A stretch of DNA of 62,106 nucleotides, filler included, from Choristocarpus tenellus KU-1152 (GCA_964200185.2; 14 parts of 14 records of this genome joined end to end with filler, not necessarily neighbours in it); one strand, 5' to 3'. Numbered from the whole stretch's first letter, positions 1 to 13,447 are shown. Notes: generated by a model from the sequence alone, not told the origin. A program made the numbers and translations.

Positions 1-2790
1 CCACCCCCCACCCCCCAAGAGTGCTGTGTGTCTGGGTCGATCACACTCTGGATATTGGACTTTTTTTTCAATTATTCAACAACTGCAAAGGAGAACATGA
101 TTATTTTTTTTAACCGTGAGGATATCATCCTGGGTTTTTTTATAAAAAAAAAGAAGTTTAAGGACTTTTCAAACCGATAGTTAAAAGGGACCTTTTTGGA
201 AAAGTACTCACCCGTCCTTGCTGGAAATAATTTAGGATATGCTACACCTTTTTCAGGATATACTATACCTTTTTTTGCCTCTTTATATACATTTTTTATT
301 ATTATTTTGAACTTATATTTCCGGGGCTGAACGATTGAAAGGGCGTGTTGTGTAACAAGTCTTACCCTATCGTCGAGTTTTTGTTTCTTTTAACACATCA
401 GACAGTTGTTGCTACTGTCCCCTCTTTGTTTTCAATATGTGTTTTGGTGTATGAAGTTGCAACTCATGATCTGCTGTATATAGTGGAGAGTTGTGAACCT
501 CTGCTATATATAATGGAGAGGTGTGAACTGGGACTACCTACAATCAGCTGCATCCGATTGATTCAACACGATTAACTGATAGCTTAGTTACAAGTATGCT
601 TTTTGGTGCGATTATCGGCCAAATGTATTGAGAAGTAGGCAGGGTTGCATTTTTTTGGACCCCGAGAAGGGACAAGATACGATTTTTGTACAATTGCAGA
701 AAGAGCCTTTGCTGAATTGCGATGTCACTTTTGTCTGTGTGAAGGGGGAGGGGAATATCAATTTTGAAGGCACTATTTTGTGCATAGAGGAATTAAATAG
801 AATGCGTTGCACAGGATAAGAAAGATTACTTAGAATGCAATAAAGGGTTCGAAATTGCCTACCTTCGATTGGTTTGGATCCTATTCAGATACTCCGCGCG
901 CCATCCGCGCGTACACGTGCCTTCCACAGTTCCTGTTTGTATCGGATGACGCGCACGTGCGCGCTTGCGATGTTAGCTCCGATATTTTTTTCCTCTGGTT
1001 GAGGCCCTCGCCACTTTGACAGTTCTATTTTCTCGCAGTTGGATACAGTGGCTTCCCAGTAAACGTACCTACAATAATGCTCTGTATAATTTAGACGATT
1101 AAACCCCGATGGACCGGCTATATTTGAGAGGCGAACCAATAGTTGCGGTGAGTTGCAGATCGTCCCAGCTCAAAACTCTACGACATAGTGTGGATATAAT
1201 ACACTTAATACAATTTGGGTGTATGATATTGGAACAAAAACAGATTGTGTTTCATAGTATGGAATGGTTGGCTCACTGAATGTGTGGTCCCTTCGCTTCT
1301 CCAAGTAATGGGGTATGACTATGCTCCACACAATGACCCGAAGTATACAACGACAGGTACAGTTTTTGAGGGTTTTGGCATCGTAAGCCAGTTTTTTTTT
1401 TCCTTTAGAAATCCTCTCATATTTTCTATGGATGAAATACCGAGTTTGAATTGAAATGTTTCGACGCAATTTGGAAAATATCCAATACACATTTGTAAAA
1501 AATGCCGAATTTTACACATACTTCTGACCACCCTTAAAATTCAACTTTGCGTATCTGTCGTATACTTCGACTTGGTACTATTCATACAAAGTACTTCAAA
1601 GTACAGTATATTTCACCCCCCAACAGCCTAGTCTCGTCCAGCCAAGTTGAGACCCGGCAGGGCACTGTTGAACACATTGTTCCCGCGCCTGCCCACGAGC
1701 TCTCCCAGTGAAAATCCCTCTGAAGACCCTCCTGAATCAGCACCCGTGGTGAACACTTGATCTGATCGATCCTCAGTCCGGTTTACAAAACCTTTTGATT
1801 TTTGAAGATTTGGCTGTAGACTTTGTCTCTCACAAGTGAGTGTGTCGACATAGGGTTTTGGGCAGTTTTTCTTTTTCAGTCAGAATTGGAGGTATGGTTT
1901 TTTGTTTTAGAACTGGATGTTTTGGTGTTGACGAGAACTGTTGTATTTAAGGTAGATCTTGTAGAATAGTTGCGGTTTCGGTTTTTTCGTTAACATAATA
2001 TCTAGAAAAATTTCAGAGGGCAATATAATTTATTTATATATTCAAGATGAAGAAGTCTGATTCGCTTCGCAATAATTATGGGTAGGAACCCTAGCAACAT
2101 ATTCTAACATCAGACTTCTTCTGGCTAAACTTGTATCTATACATTGTTCTTGTTGCTAATACTATGCTACTCTGTCTAGTCTACTAGGTAATGTTGTCAT
2201 CTGAGTTTTGTGTGCGTGTGTATGCGCGCGCGCGCGGGTTATCCCAAGATTGATCATAATAGGAGAGTTTGATTACAAAGAAAGGTCTTCAAAACGTGGC
2301 TTCACCAAAGTGACATAGTATGATACTATTAGATACTTTGTGCCAATCACTAAGGATGATGCCACTTTTATGTCGGCTGGATACATGTCTCTCTTCAACC
2401 TCTCCCTCCATCTTCAAGAGTTGCAATGACATGCGTGGGCGAAATCTGAGATAGCACCTACTATTCCACCTAACAAGATATCTAGAGGGTCCATGTGGGT
2501 ATGGTTATTGACAAGTTTTAGCTTCCTTGTTCCTCGAAATTTTTATTTTCTTGTTTCTTTTCAATTTTGCTGGAGAAAGTTTTGAAGTGAAAAAATAATG
2601 AAAGATACAGACAACATCGATGGCTTTTGCTTCTACAATTGGGAATGTTAAATATACTGGTAGAGGTGACATGCTTCAAATCGATTGATTACACTCTTCC
2701 TACTCCTGTTGAGAAAGAATAAACAGGAATAAACTGTCTTTCAAAGACAGAAGGTGATGGCATACTTGACAGGCACAGGGTACACCATGT

Positions 2791-2876
2791 TAGAACATTA
2801 GTAAACCCCTGTGTCTACGGACCGGGTATTCGAGCAGGTACCTGGTCCGTAGACACAGGTGTTTACTAATGTTCTA
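2791..2876. other. 86-nt near-perfect hairpin (pre-miRNA-like or palindromic MITE)
   Basis: 38-nt arm TAGAACATTAGTAAACCCCTGTGTCTACGGACCGGGTA and its reverse complement with 2 differences, around a 10-nt loop TTCGAGCAGG. Confidence 0.85.
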
Positions 2877-5800
2877 TCTTGACACACCAAGGATCATGCC
2901 TGCTATGTCCAATATATTACATGAAGTATTTTTAACACAATGTGTGGAAACTCACACATACATGCTAAATGCTGATACGTGTGGATTGTGGATTCAGCTG
3001 GTTTGATTCACTATCGCCAAGCTCAATCATTCGAGTTATTATGGACGGTATGTAATGCATGACTGTAAAAGCATTTTCCCTCAATGCAGTACATCGGGAA
3101 ATCTACTTTTTTTTGTCCGCAAAGCATATCGTTGATACAGTATCGAATTTGATGATGTTCGGATATTTGTCGCAAAAGGGACAGCATTGTAAGCAGAACC
3201 TAGTGGGTAGACGAGTCTTTTGAGACAACGACACATACCTGATTCCTGCGTCTTGATCCACAACTTGTAAAAATTCTATAGTACCAGTATGTACAATGAA
3301 AAAATGTGAAATATGAATGACAGTAACAATGATCGTAACAGTAAGTACAGGTTCAATTGGGGATACAGTTAACCCCAATTACACATAATAGTGACATAAT
3401 GAGACGATCAGATGTATAGATTTCTAGTTTGGGGTCGAAATATATATATAGATATATAGATTTTTTTTTTAAGGAAAATATGTCCGCCAGCACTAACTCT
3501 TCCGAATTTGAGGCAAGTGCTGTTGCATCAACTCAAACACGTTAGAGCCAATCAGTAAATCTTTATATTTTGTTAGTTGACGAATAGAATAATTATAATA
3601 ATGTGTTCATGGGGGGTGAGGGGTAGGAGTGATGGATGGGTGCAAGGGTGATTCAATGTCATCCCAATATGCAAATCCAAGGATTGTTTTGTGACCCATT
3701 ACATCGACCAATCAGAAGGCTTAAAAGCGATTGTGGTCATTTTTATCCTTCAGATTTACTATATCCTATATTCTGCAGTTACCTCAAATTCCCCCTCTTT
3801 GATGTGGTAGTGATAACAAAAACATTGTGACATATTTGAAAGACAAGAGGAATCACTTCTACACCCCAAACCTTGATGCGCTGTGCCTAAACTGTTACCC
3901 TCGGCTGGATTTTGCAGGTGGTCGGTAGGTTGACGGAGAAACTGGCAACCAGGCTTCTCCGCTACACCAGCGACAGAGTTCTCAATAACTATTACGGTGG
4001 TAGTAACCAGCAAGTCGGATCAGGTGTAAAAGGAACAACTACTGGTGGGGGGTTGGCTGTAGGGAGGAGTAGTGGGGCCGAGGAGTTGGCGAGGGGTGGC
4101 AGAAGGAAACAGTTTGGGGATGGACTGTGAATTGTTTGATCCACTTCTTTGAAGTCATTTTCAAGGGAGAAGCTGTCTTCTGATAGGAATATTCCGAAAC
4201 GGCAGGTTGCTTGTGCCTTGTGCCAGCAGCGCCTGAAAAGTGCTTGGCTGATTTTTTTTTTCTGAGAAGATATGGGGGTAGGTACTACTTGGGAATGCAT
4301 CTACTTCGAGCAATTTTCGAAGAGATGGAGATTAAGTGTTGTTTTTGTGCGTGTTTCAGTTGCAGGAGGGCAGAGTGAAAGAAAGGGGTGGCCTGGGGGT
4401 ATCATGAGGAGATGTGTGTGTATAGAGATAGTGAGTGGCAGAGGGAGCCAAGGATGACAGACAGGGACTGGTCGCATCCTACGTTCTTCACGCTGCTTGA
4501 AGGGTGGAATTTTTCCTGAGTCTGGAGTTGGTCGTATTTGCCCGTCTGTCTACCTCGATTTTGACAGATTTCTTGCTGGAGATATGTTGTGGTAATACAG
4601 AAGAGTATATAGATGGCATGCTTGCATGAGCTGTGGACCGGTTGCATAATTTTATTGTTGACATTGCAAGTATTTTGGCAATGGTTGGTCTGACAACTTG
4701 TGGCCTGCCTGTGGTGTTGAAGGTACACTTCAATTGGTCTTTGCATCCACTGCACTACCTCTGGTGCTTACCTTGCTCCTTGCTCTTGGGTTCACCCATC
4801 CCACCGCTCTTCGACTCACCTTGCCACAGAAGTGAAATACAAACCATAGCGTCTTTCTACTTCAAGGGGACCGAACGACCACAGGGTACTATTGAGGTGC
4901 AGTTCGCGGCACATGCCACAGGGCGTGACATGTGACAACAATGAAGGTAGATTTTCTGTGTGGTGGAAACTTTCATGTCAACTGAAGCTCAAATCGCAGC
5001 CGTGCTCTTTAGGGCGGAAGCACTCATGTTATACACTGGTCCATTCGTAAAGACAAATGTTTTGTCATTTTGAATATTCCAACTTCAAGTGAGTATCATT
5101 TATGTAGTAGGACGGTGTCCCACGGGTTAGATACTTGGTTTTATGTAGTAGTTCTTGGAGGATTATCTCTTCGACAAATAAGTAAAATGTTGTTGCCACC
5201 AATATCACAACATGTAGGGTGACATGGCACATCAACAAGGAGTCTTATCACCAACCAATAGAGTGACCGATATGACCTATATGGTAGCAATATCATACAC
5301 AAATAAACGTAATCGGGACTGCAACTTCTACTGGGATTTGTTGTCTGTTAGTAACTAGAGTTCTTAACTTTAAATGATTGGATGAGTTTATGCTCAAGTA
5401 CCCTCAATATACGTTCTGTTGTGGACCACACCTGTTTGATCGATTCAGGTAGTTCATATATTGAGAAATATATCATGTTGCCTTGAAGTACTTAACTTCA
5501 AGATCTTAGCTACAAAGAAAGGAGAGCATTCAATGTGAAGCTGACCTTCTCAATCTAAAGCTTGATGCTGGGAGAAGTGTGTTTGGGCAGAAAAAGACAC
5601 TGTTTTTGGGATTAACATTTGGAATAATACTCGTGATTTACATTACGAGAGGCCAAGGAGCTCACTGTCCGTGAATTCCCCCGTTATCAGATTGCAGCAC
5701 TTGACAGTAGTAATAACAACAACAGTAGAGACATTAAATTGAAAGTCACCAAATGGGACTCGATGCCCCATCTCTAAGTGCTGGATGAATTGACTCTCCA

Positions 5801-7000
5801 ACCCTTTTATGGTGATGATCCTGCAATCCTTCACCATCATAAAGGCGCAGGACAATAGGAGAACCTGGTCAAATGTTGTCGCATGCATCCATTATTGGAG
5901 TTGTAGCGTATTGGGTAGATAACTAGGAGTGAGTCGGCAACTTATATCTTGTTGTCCACTTCCCTATTTCTGCTTGCTGATTTTCGTCCTGCAATCAAAA
6001 CGAGTACAACTATTGACACTGTTGAATGCTTGTTACTTGTCACAGTATACTTCGAGGATATTCTTGATGTGTCATGCGTTTTAAGCTGGAGACACCAGAG
6101 AGATGGGCAAGGAGGGACCTGTCAGATTATTGGGATGCTTCCCTACCTCCTCGTCCTGTAATGTAGGGCTAAGCCAGGTTGGAGGTATAGGAGGTGAGTG
6201 GCGTAGTATAGCTGGTAGTAAAATATATGGAGTAGTAAATGGATTTTGGAGAGATATCTTTCGCATTTACGACGACTGTTACTTTTACAGGGGTCCTTAC
6301 AATATTGAATTGACTTTCCTCTGACACATCTGCAAAATGTCTGAGGGCATAATAATATGTATTCATATAGTATTGAAACTGGTATTTTCCATACATTCGT
6401 ATGTATGAAAGCGCCTACCAATAAACAATTGGATCTATTTTCACTATTGATCGACCCACACAATACATAAATCTTGTTCGAACCTACTTATTGGATCTTA
6501 GACATACACAATAATGTACACTGACGCAGGGTTCTCGAGTTTTATATGTTGCGAAGATGCTCGTCGAACAGATTGATTCATTCTTTCGCTGTGTTGTACT
6601 GATCGACACAACCCGGCGCAGGGTGGGAAATTAAGTCGCGGTTCATGCCCTATAGTCCTATAACGCATCCTCTTAACCCTATGATACAAGCCCTACTTGT
6701 CTTCCTGATTTATGGGCTTAAATAATCCGCCCAAGTACGACGAACCGCACGCACTTTAACCCTTCCATCTTTTCTTCAGGCTTTGCCTCCTCTTCTATAT
6801 CCTCCTTCGCTTACTCCTTTTCACCAACCTCTGCCTCATCCTTTGCCTCCTAACCCTAACCTCTCTTCCCTTTGTTTTGCCTCCTACTTCGTCTCGTCCT
6901 TTGCATACTCGTCCATCATTACAGAGATAACACAAGTCACAAACGTTGTGATCACAGCACAGAAAAACGCCACGTCCGAGCACGACCTTGACTAGTGAGT

Positions 7001-7177
7001 GAAAGCATTTTAGAGGGTAAGACTTTTGCTCTGTTTGTTCGGTACTGGCTTGGTTTCCCACCGGTTTTTGATGACATTTGACCTACTCCGAAATGTTTTG
7101 GAATAGATAAAATGTTATACTTTATGAAAGGTGTGCCCGGAACAAGGATATTGACACTTCCTAATAAACATGATAGG
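7001..7177. mobile_element. MITE family A, partial copy interrupted by a family B end
   Basis: Aligns by eye to 31599-31847 and to the reverse complement of 12475-12722 (GAAAG..TTAGAGGGTAAGACTTTTGC...GGAACAAGGATATTGACACTTCCTAATAAACA). Confidence 0.75.
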
Positions 7178-7181
7178 AACC

Positions 7182-7217
7182 CAAAGTATCTGGGGGGAGG
7201 GGGGAGTCTAGACCATG
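7182..7217. mobile_element. MITE family B terminus, cut by contig end
   Basis: CAAAGTATCTGGGGGGAGG end, matching the ends at 43307/43477, 55313 and 55663. Confidence 0.7.
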
Positions 7218-7317
7218 NNNNNNNNNNNNNNNNNNNNNNNNNNNNNNNNNNNNNNNNNNNNTTAATTAATTAANNNNNNNNNNNNNNNNNNNNNNNNNNN
7301 NNNNNNNNNNNNNNNNN
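7218..7317. other. Artificial contig-join linker, first of 13
   Basis: 44 N + TTAATTAATTAA (stops in all six frames) + 44 N. Identical linkers start at 10010, 13348, 16264, 23101, 28820, 32227, 35053, 37672, 44463, 52531, 55378 and 59336. Confidence 0.97.
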
Positions 7318-7487
7318 CTCCTCCTGTGGGTCTTCCCGCTCCCCTTCATTACGAAGAACCTGTCGGCTGTTTCCACCTGTTTCACAGTGGCGACTATGGC
7401 AATCGTTTTGAAGTGTGGGAGAGTACTTTTCCAGTTTTTTTTTGGGGGGAAACTCTGAGTACATTGCCTGTACTTTGAGCACCACAT

Positions 7488-9717
7488 ATGTCAAATCAGT
7501 CTGATTGGCATACAGTTCGATCAAGGAGAAGACAAAGTACCTTCCACTCTACTTCAAACCGATTTCAGGTTTTAATGGTGGAAGAGTTCAAGGAAAATGA
7601 GCCTGATGAGCACCTACTCCCAAGATTTCAAGACCAGGATCCCTTATCATTTGATGAGGTTATACTGGAAGACGGGAGGAAACTGTTAGTTCATAAGGCA
7701 TCCGGAATTTTTGTTAATCCTGATTTTCGAATGGTGGATCAACGGGTGGTGCAACAACTTATGTCAGCAGACAATACCCCCCTGATTCCATCTACTTTAT
7801 CACCGACCCCGCCTGTTTCGCAGTCTGTCCATGTCCCCAGCACAAGATCTCTCCCAACACCATCAGCACCACTGTCTACTCAGTTAGGGACGTCGTCTAC
7901 TGGAGAATTGTGCATTAGTTTGATCAATGACGAACTCAAGGTCGCAGTGGAGGAGAGACGTCCCCCTAACATGGACCACATCTGGAGTTTGACGGAGACG
8001 AGGGACATGATTGATCCTACGTTCCCTTCGGCTAAAATTGCGGCACTTCAAGCAACCAAAAAGCGGCTTGAGCGAGAAGTTCGAATTTAAACCAACATTT
8101 TAGTGGACGTTCAAGCAACAATCACGCCTCTTCGATGCCCCCTTCGACGCCCTCTACTCATGGCCATCAAAGAGGAGCAAAACGTCGACAAGAAGACCGT
8201 GCGTCGCATCGTTTTACCTGCGAGAACCCCCACTTTAAACAGAAGTCCAAAAACCATGAATGGGCATGGTGAAGGGATTATGTTGACATGCCAGGAGCGC
8301 CGACCCGATTAACGGTGAAAAAAATCACTTCTGAACCAACTACATTGACATTGGACACTGTAAGTGATATATCATGTATTTTCTCACAAATTTCTAAGTT
8401 CCCATCCTTCGCTCCAGAATTCCCACCTTGAACCAATTCCACCAGGTGCAATCAATCTTTGTTCTGCAGATGNNNNNNNNNNGGCAGTGCTTTGATCATC
8501 ATGGGATTTATCAGGTTTTCTCTTCAACTAGATGATATTACAATCCCAGTTGAAGCTTTAGTGTTGCCCGATGATCTTCTGCTTGATAACAGTATTCTTG
8601 ATGCTTTCGGAGCGACATATGACTGGAAAACTAAGGTTATCATTCCAATAAAGTGCAATTGTCATACCTGCCATTCATCGTACTACCCCTTCTATTGATA
8701 CATCATCCCCTGTTCAAATAGCAGCTATACAAGCGATAGTTCCATCTACCTCATTTCGTTTGAAGGAAAAAAATCCATTTCTCCAGAATCAGGAACACTT
8801 GTATCTGCTGTAAGTGAAGAAAGCCGTTCTGATACTTGTGATGCTGTTGTAGAACCACGTATCTGTTCATTTCATGATCTTGATTCATTAAATATTTACG
8901 ATCCTTGGCAATCTATTGCAGTTGCTCGAACAGTTACAACGTGGGATTCTGATGATGGGTCAGGGGTAGTACAAATTTCTAATGTCCTCTCAAGCAGTTC
9001 ATTTACCCAAGAATACTTTACTTGGTCACATATACCCTGCAAACATAATCAATACCAAACACTCTCACACTATTTCTGCTACATCTCTATCCGGGCCTGA
9101 ACGAAATATCGTCTTCATAGTGCGTTGAAACCGGCTTTTATCAAGACTACTTTCTCTTCATCTCAAATACAAGAAACACTGAATCTTTGTGTCAAATTCC
9201 GTTCAGTATTTTCCCTCGATACCTCTGAATTGGGAACTTGCACCATTGCGGAAGCCGATTTTCCTCTCAAACCAGGCACCAGACCTATTAGTCGAGCACC
9301 ATATTGTACCAATCCACAAGTGAGAGGTATAATGATAAATGTGTTGACGATTTACAAAACCAATGATTGATTAAAGCTCGTTCTAGCCCATGGGGTTCCT
9401 CTGTTACTATTGTTGCTAAAGCAGATGGGACCCCAAGATTCTGCATTGATTATCGGCGGACCATAAATAAACACCTAATTAAACGTTCGTAGCCCATGCC
9501 TTTAGCTGAAGAACATCTCGATTCCGTTGGTGCAGCAATATTTCTTTCTGTTGCAGATGTTCAATTAGTATATCATCAGATTCCTGTGGCGGAAGCAGAC
9601 ATTGACAAGACTGCTTTTGTCACCCATAAAGGCAAGTTTGTATGGAAACGACTTCCTTTTTGTTTGAGCAATGCTCCATTTATTTTCAACGTATGTGTCA
9701 CAGGCGATGTGTCTTGA
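7488..9717 (+). mobile_element. Decayed Ty3/Gypsy LTR retrotransposon: gag-like ORF, aspartic protease, N-terminal reverse transcriptase
   Basis: Degenerate protease motif LDTVSDISCI at ~8351. RT motifs PISRAPY, SSPWGSSVTIVAKADGTPRFCIDYR and KTAFVTHKGKFVWKRLPFCLSNAP at 9285-9680. Stops and frameshifts present; truncated before the YxDD motif. Confidence 0.9.
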
Positions 9718-10144
9718 TGGCGGTTTCATAAACACCATTATGACATTGAAGTTCGAGATTTGATATATTTGTACTTCTTGATTAATTATTTATTATTTGG
9801 TCATTATGGTCCCCGATTATGATAGACATTGTTGATCAGTCCCTTTTTATACCATGATATTTACAATAATCCAAGTGAGAGATCCAGCATACTTGACGAC
9901 TTGTGCATCAGGAGTCCTATACCTACATCAGTATCATCTATAAGACCGTGGATTGGAGCTATACATCCTGTGGAGGTGAGCTTCTGAGGGGCGCCTGTAA
10001 CATGGAGGTNNNNNNNNNNNNNNNNNNNNNNNNNNNNNNNNNNNNNNNNNNNNTTAATTAATTAANNNNNNNNNNNNNNNNNNNNNNNNNNNNNNNNNNN
10101 NNNNNNNNNCGGGGCGAGCGGGCGGGGGGGGGGGGGGGGGTGGG

Positions 10145-10309
10145 GGGGGGCGTCGGCGGCAGGTTGTACACCAGGGTGTCCATTTAGGCCCTGACCGAGA
10201 GAAGTGCACTTACATCATCCATCCGACACATGCAACCAAATCACCCAAAAATCATGACATGTAAAAATGGGTCCTGACTGGACAGCCGACACCCGTCCCA
10301 GATACTTCG
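10145..10309. mobile_element. MITE family B copy
   Basis: Colinear with 43307-43477 (GTCCATTT..TGCACTTACAT..ATGCAACCAAATCACCCAA..TGGACAGCC..CCCAGATACTT). Confidence 0.8.
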
Positions 10310-11074
10310 TACCTACCCCATATGATGGATTCAACAACCCCTCCACTAGATTTCCAATAAGTTGTTGTCCTCTGTGCTAGCTCCAGCAGATGTACGGTCA
10401 AACCCTGTATATGTCGCCATTGGTCACCCAACTTAGGCATCCTTCCCCAGAAACGTTCTTTCATCAATTCAGTAGTAGCCATTACAGGTTGGAGATAAGC
10501 TGAGGGAGCTTGGTTCCTCCAACAGGCCCAAACGATGGTGTGGTCTCCCCTTCCAGACTTGAAAGAGTAACCTCATGCCAGACAAGCTCCATAACATGCA
10601 CACCATGCACCTGGTTACATTTGGCTACTGTGTCGTCACTTCCGCAGTCCTGAGGGTCCCCTATTGGTTGGAGATATGTCGTACCTTCCTGGTGGTCACC
10701 CCCTCTAACACCTCGTGCTTCGCCTTCCTCACCCCTTCCCATATTTTCTGACTTGGGCGCTTTGAGGGATGCAAGGGTGGATGAGAGGTAAGGCTAGCCG
10801 CCCACTCATAGCAGGAGATATTTCAACCTGGAAGGAGAAAGTAATACGTCGATGCAAAGCACAAGAAAGTGGTACATTGAAGGCTGGGGTTGCACGTAAG
10901 GCAGACCAGGGTCAGGATACGGCAGATGTATTAATATTTATAGTACAATCCAGACGGATGTGGCAAAGACAAAGAGGGTCCATGTCAGGGAGTAGTGAGG
11001 GGGAAAAGGCCCTTTATTTGGTGACGGTGGCCATAAGTTATGGGGTGGTTGGTGAGTGCTGGTGTGGGAGTGGC

Positions 11075-11187
11075 AAAATGCACTTACATTATCGACCCAA
11101 TGCATACAACCACATCACCCAAAAATCGCGACATGGAAAAATGGGCCCCAAATGGACAGCCACCACCCCCCACCCCCAGATACTTTG
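11075..11187. mobile_element. MITE family B, truncated copy
   Basis: AAAATGCACTTACATTATC..ATCACCCAAAAATCGCGACATGG..CAAATGGACAGCC..CCCAGATACTTTG matches the other B copies. Confidence 0.8.
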
Positions 11188-11409
11188 AGGACTGGGGGGT
11201 TTGATATGAAAGGAGGTACAGGCCGGAGGGTTGTGAGTAAGTCGTGGGTGACTTCGGAGTGCGGTGGGGAACAGCAGCAAACGGGAAGGCATGAAACAGA
11301 TATCACCCTGCTCAGGGGTAGAGTGGAGGAAAGAGCAAAGGGGGGAAGGAAGGGTTAGAAGAGGTGGTAGGTGAGTAGTGCAGTGCAGGTATGCAATGCT
11401 CACTCACCG

Positions 11410-11472
11410 ATGACTGTGACACCAGCTGAAAGTATTCCTCGAAATGGGTATGTTGGATGTGGTGCACGTCCT
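11410..11472 (-). CDS. Possible small exon of an unidentified gene (DVHHIQHTHFEEYFQLVSQSS)
   Basis: Open frame between a GACAG acceptor and a GTGAGT donor on the minus strand; no family recognised. Confidence 0.3.
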
Positions 11473-12474
11473 GTCAGTATATATTCTTTGAAGTATATAA
11501 AAATATATCAAGCTATCAGGTCAAACTCTCATTGGGAACAAATATAATTCAACCCTTCAGATCATCCAAAACTCGTAAGAGGAGTTGGAGAAACAAAAAG
11601 GAATGTTCACCCCACCTATGCAGAGGGGTGAAGAAGGAATGGTAGCCATGGCATGGGCAGCTCATGGCATAAGACAGGAGACATAAGCCAAAAGGCCACA
11701 AGGTGATCCAAGTGAAAGTGATGGTGAAGCTTGCCCGGAGTGAGGGGATACAGTCGAGTGTGTGGAGGGTTATGGGATGGGTGATGAAAGAAGGGACGAA
11801 GGGAGTAAGATCTTGATCTGACTTCGATTGGAAATATTGCTCATTACAACAATATTCCAAGTGGACAACTCAGACAAACGTACGATATTGGTGGCTCAAC
11901 TCTCCTAAAACGGTACAAGGTGAATGTACAGTCATAACATCGTGTCGGGGGGTCATGCCACAAAAAATATAAATAAGTAACATGTATGGCTCACCTTAAG
12001 TCTCCATCTCTTACCTGGTGGTAGATTTGAATCTTCTTTTTTTCTGTTTGAGGATGGTGTTAGTCATTTCATGATAATCAATCAATCCATTTCATGAAGG
12101 CGTGACATGATGTAAGGAACAGTCACCTTTAGCATACACGAGCTAATATAATGTGCCCGGTGATAACAGTCTCTTCACCACCACATATGTCCATTCATGC
12201 AAACGAGGAGAGTTGAGAGATAAAATTAATTGTATATTTATTTATCTAATCCACCAACATTTATGTATAGTCTATTTGCAAGGATTGATAAACCTGGTAA
12301 ACACGAGATGCCAAGCCAGAGCTGGACGTGAACAGGGTAACTAGCATATGTTACCAGTTCTCTCATCTCTTCACAAAACGATAGACTATACCGATCTATG
12401 ACAAAATGACACAAACGCGATTTGTCTAAACTAGATGGACAACTTATTATGTAAATGATTATAGTATCTGAAGT

Positions 12475-12722
12475 CAAAGTATCTTAGAGGGTAGAGCTGC
12501 GTCCATTTGGGAACCAAAATTCAATGTTGCAATTTTGATGTTATTTTGACTTTAATGTTTATTAGGAGATGTTAATATCCTTGTTCTTGACACTTTTCAT
12601 AACTTACACATTTTGCCTACTCCGAAACATTTTGGAGTAGATAAAATGTGGTTAAAAACCCGTGAGAAGCCAAGTCCCAAATGGACAAGCAGGGTAAAAC
12701 TCGTACCCTCTAAGATACTTTC
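12475..12722. mobile_element. MITE family A, full-length copy (~248 bp)
   Basis: Terminal inverted repeats CAAAGTATCTTAGAGGGTA...TACCCTCTAAGATACTTTC plus subterminal inverted GTCCATTTGGG; homologous copy at 31599-31847. Confidence 0.88.
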
Positions 12723-13447
12723 ACTCATCTCGGTACCACGAGATCTGGCCAAAAGACCAGTCTTAAAATAAGTACACAAACACACCATCATACAAAAAAT
12801 AAAAATCAATAACAAATAAAATTTTTGACCATGATCTGTACCACACATACCTACGATAATCTCTTTACTGGCACAATAGGTTATGACACGACAGCAATGC
12901 ATGATACACAGACTATGCAAAGGAGTATGATAACAGTAAACACGAATTCTCAAGTCACCAACACGAGGGACGATAATTTTTACTGCTTATCCAATCCATT
13001 TACTGCACGATAGGCTGCAATCATTTCACGGCATTGTGGGATCTGTTCTATTCTTTTGTAAAGATCACAAGACGGCCCATAGCCACAAAGACGAAGGCGA
13101 TAGATAACATTAGTGGACAAATGACGACCAGGACCAGGTTTATGTACAACATGCTATCAATAGTATATTGGTCAATAACAAGTTGAGAGATTTGATGATC
13201 TACATCCGGTATTGGCATTGGTTTTCCCAGAAACAAATAATCCAGTTCATTCAAATCTGGTGTGGGAGGTTGGACTTGAGGATAGTAACGTTTCATCCTA
13301 CCCAGAGATGAACAGAAAACGGACGTGATTTTCCAGGTAGCACTACCNNNNNNNNNNNNNNNNNNNNNNNNNNNNNNNNNNNNNNNNNNNNTTAATTAAT
13401 TAANNNNNNNNNNNNNNNNNNNNNNNNNNNNNNNNNNNNNNNNNNNN

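Noticed and set aside
7262-7273. TTAATTAATTAA as a biological motif (piggyBac target or regulatory site)
   Set aside because: It is always centred in exactly 44+44 N, so it is a synthetic six-frame-stop linker.
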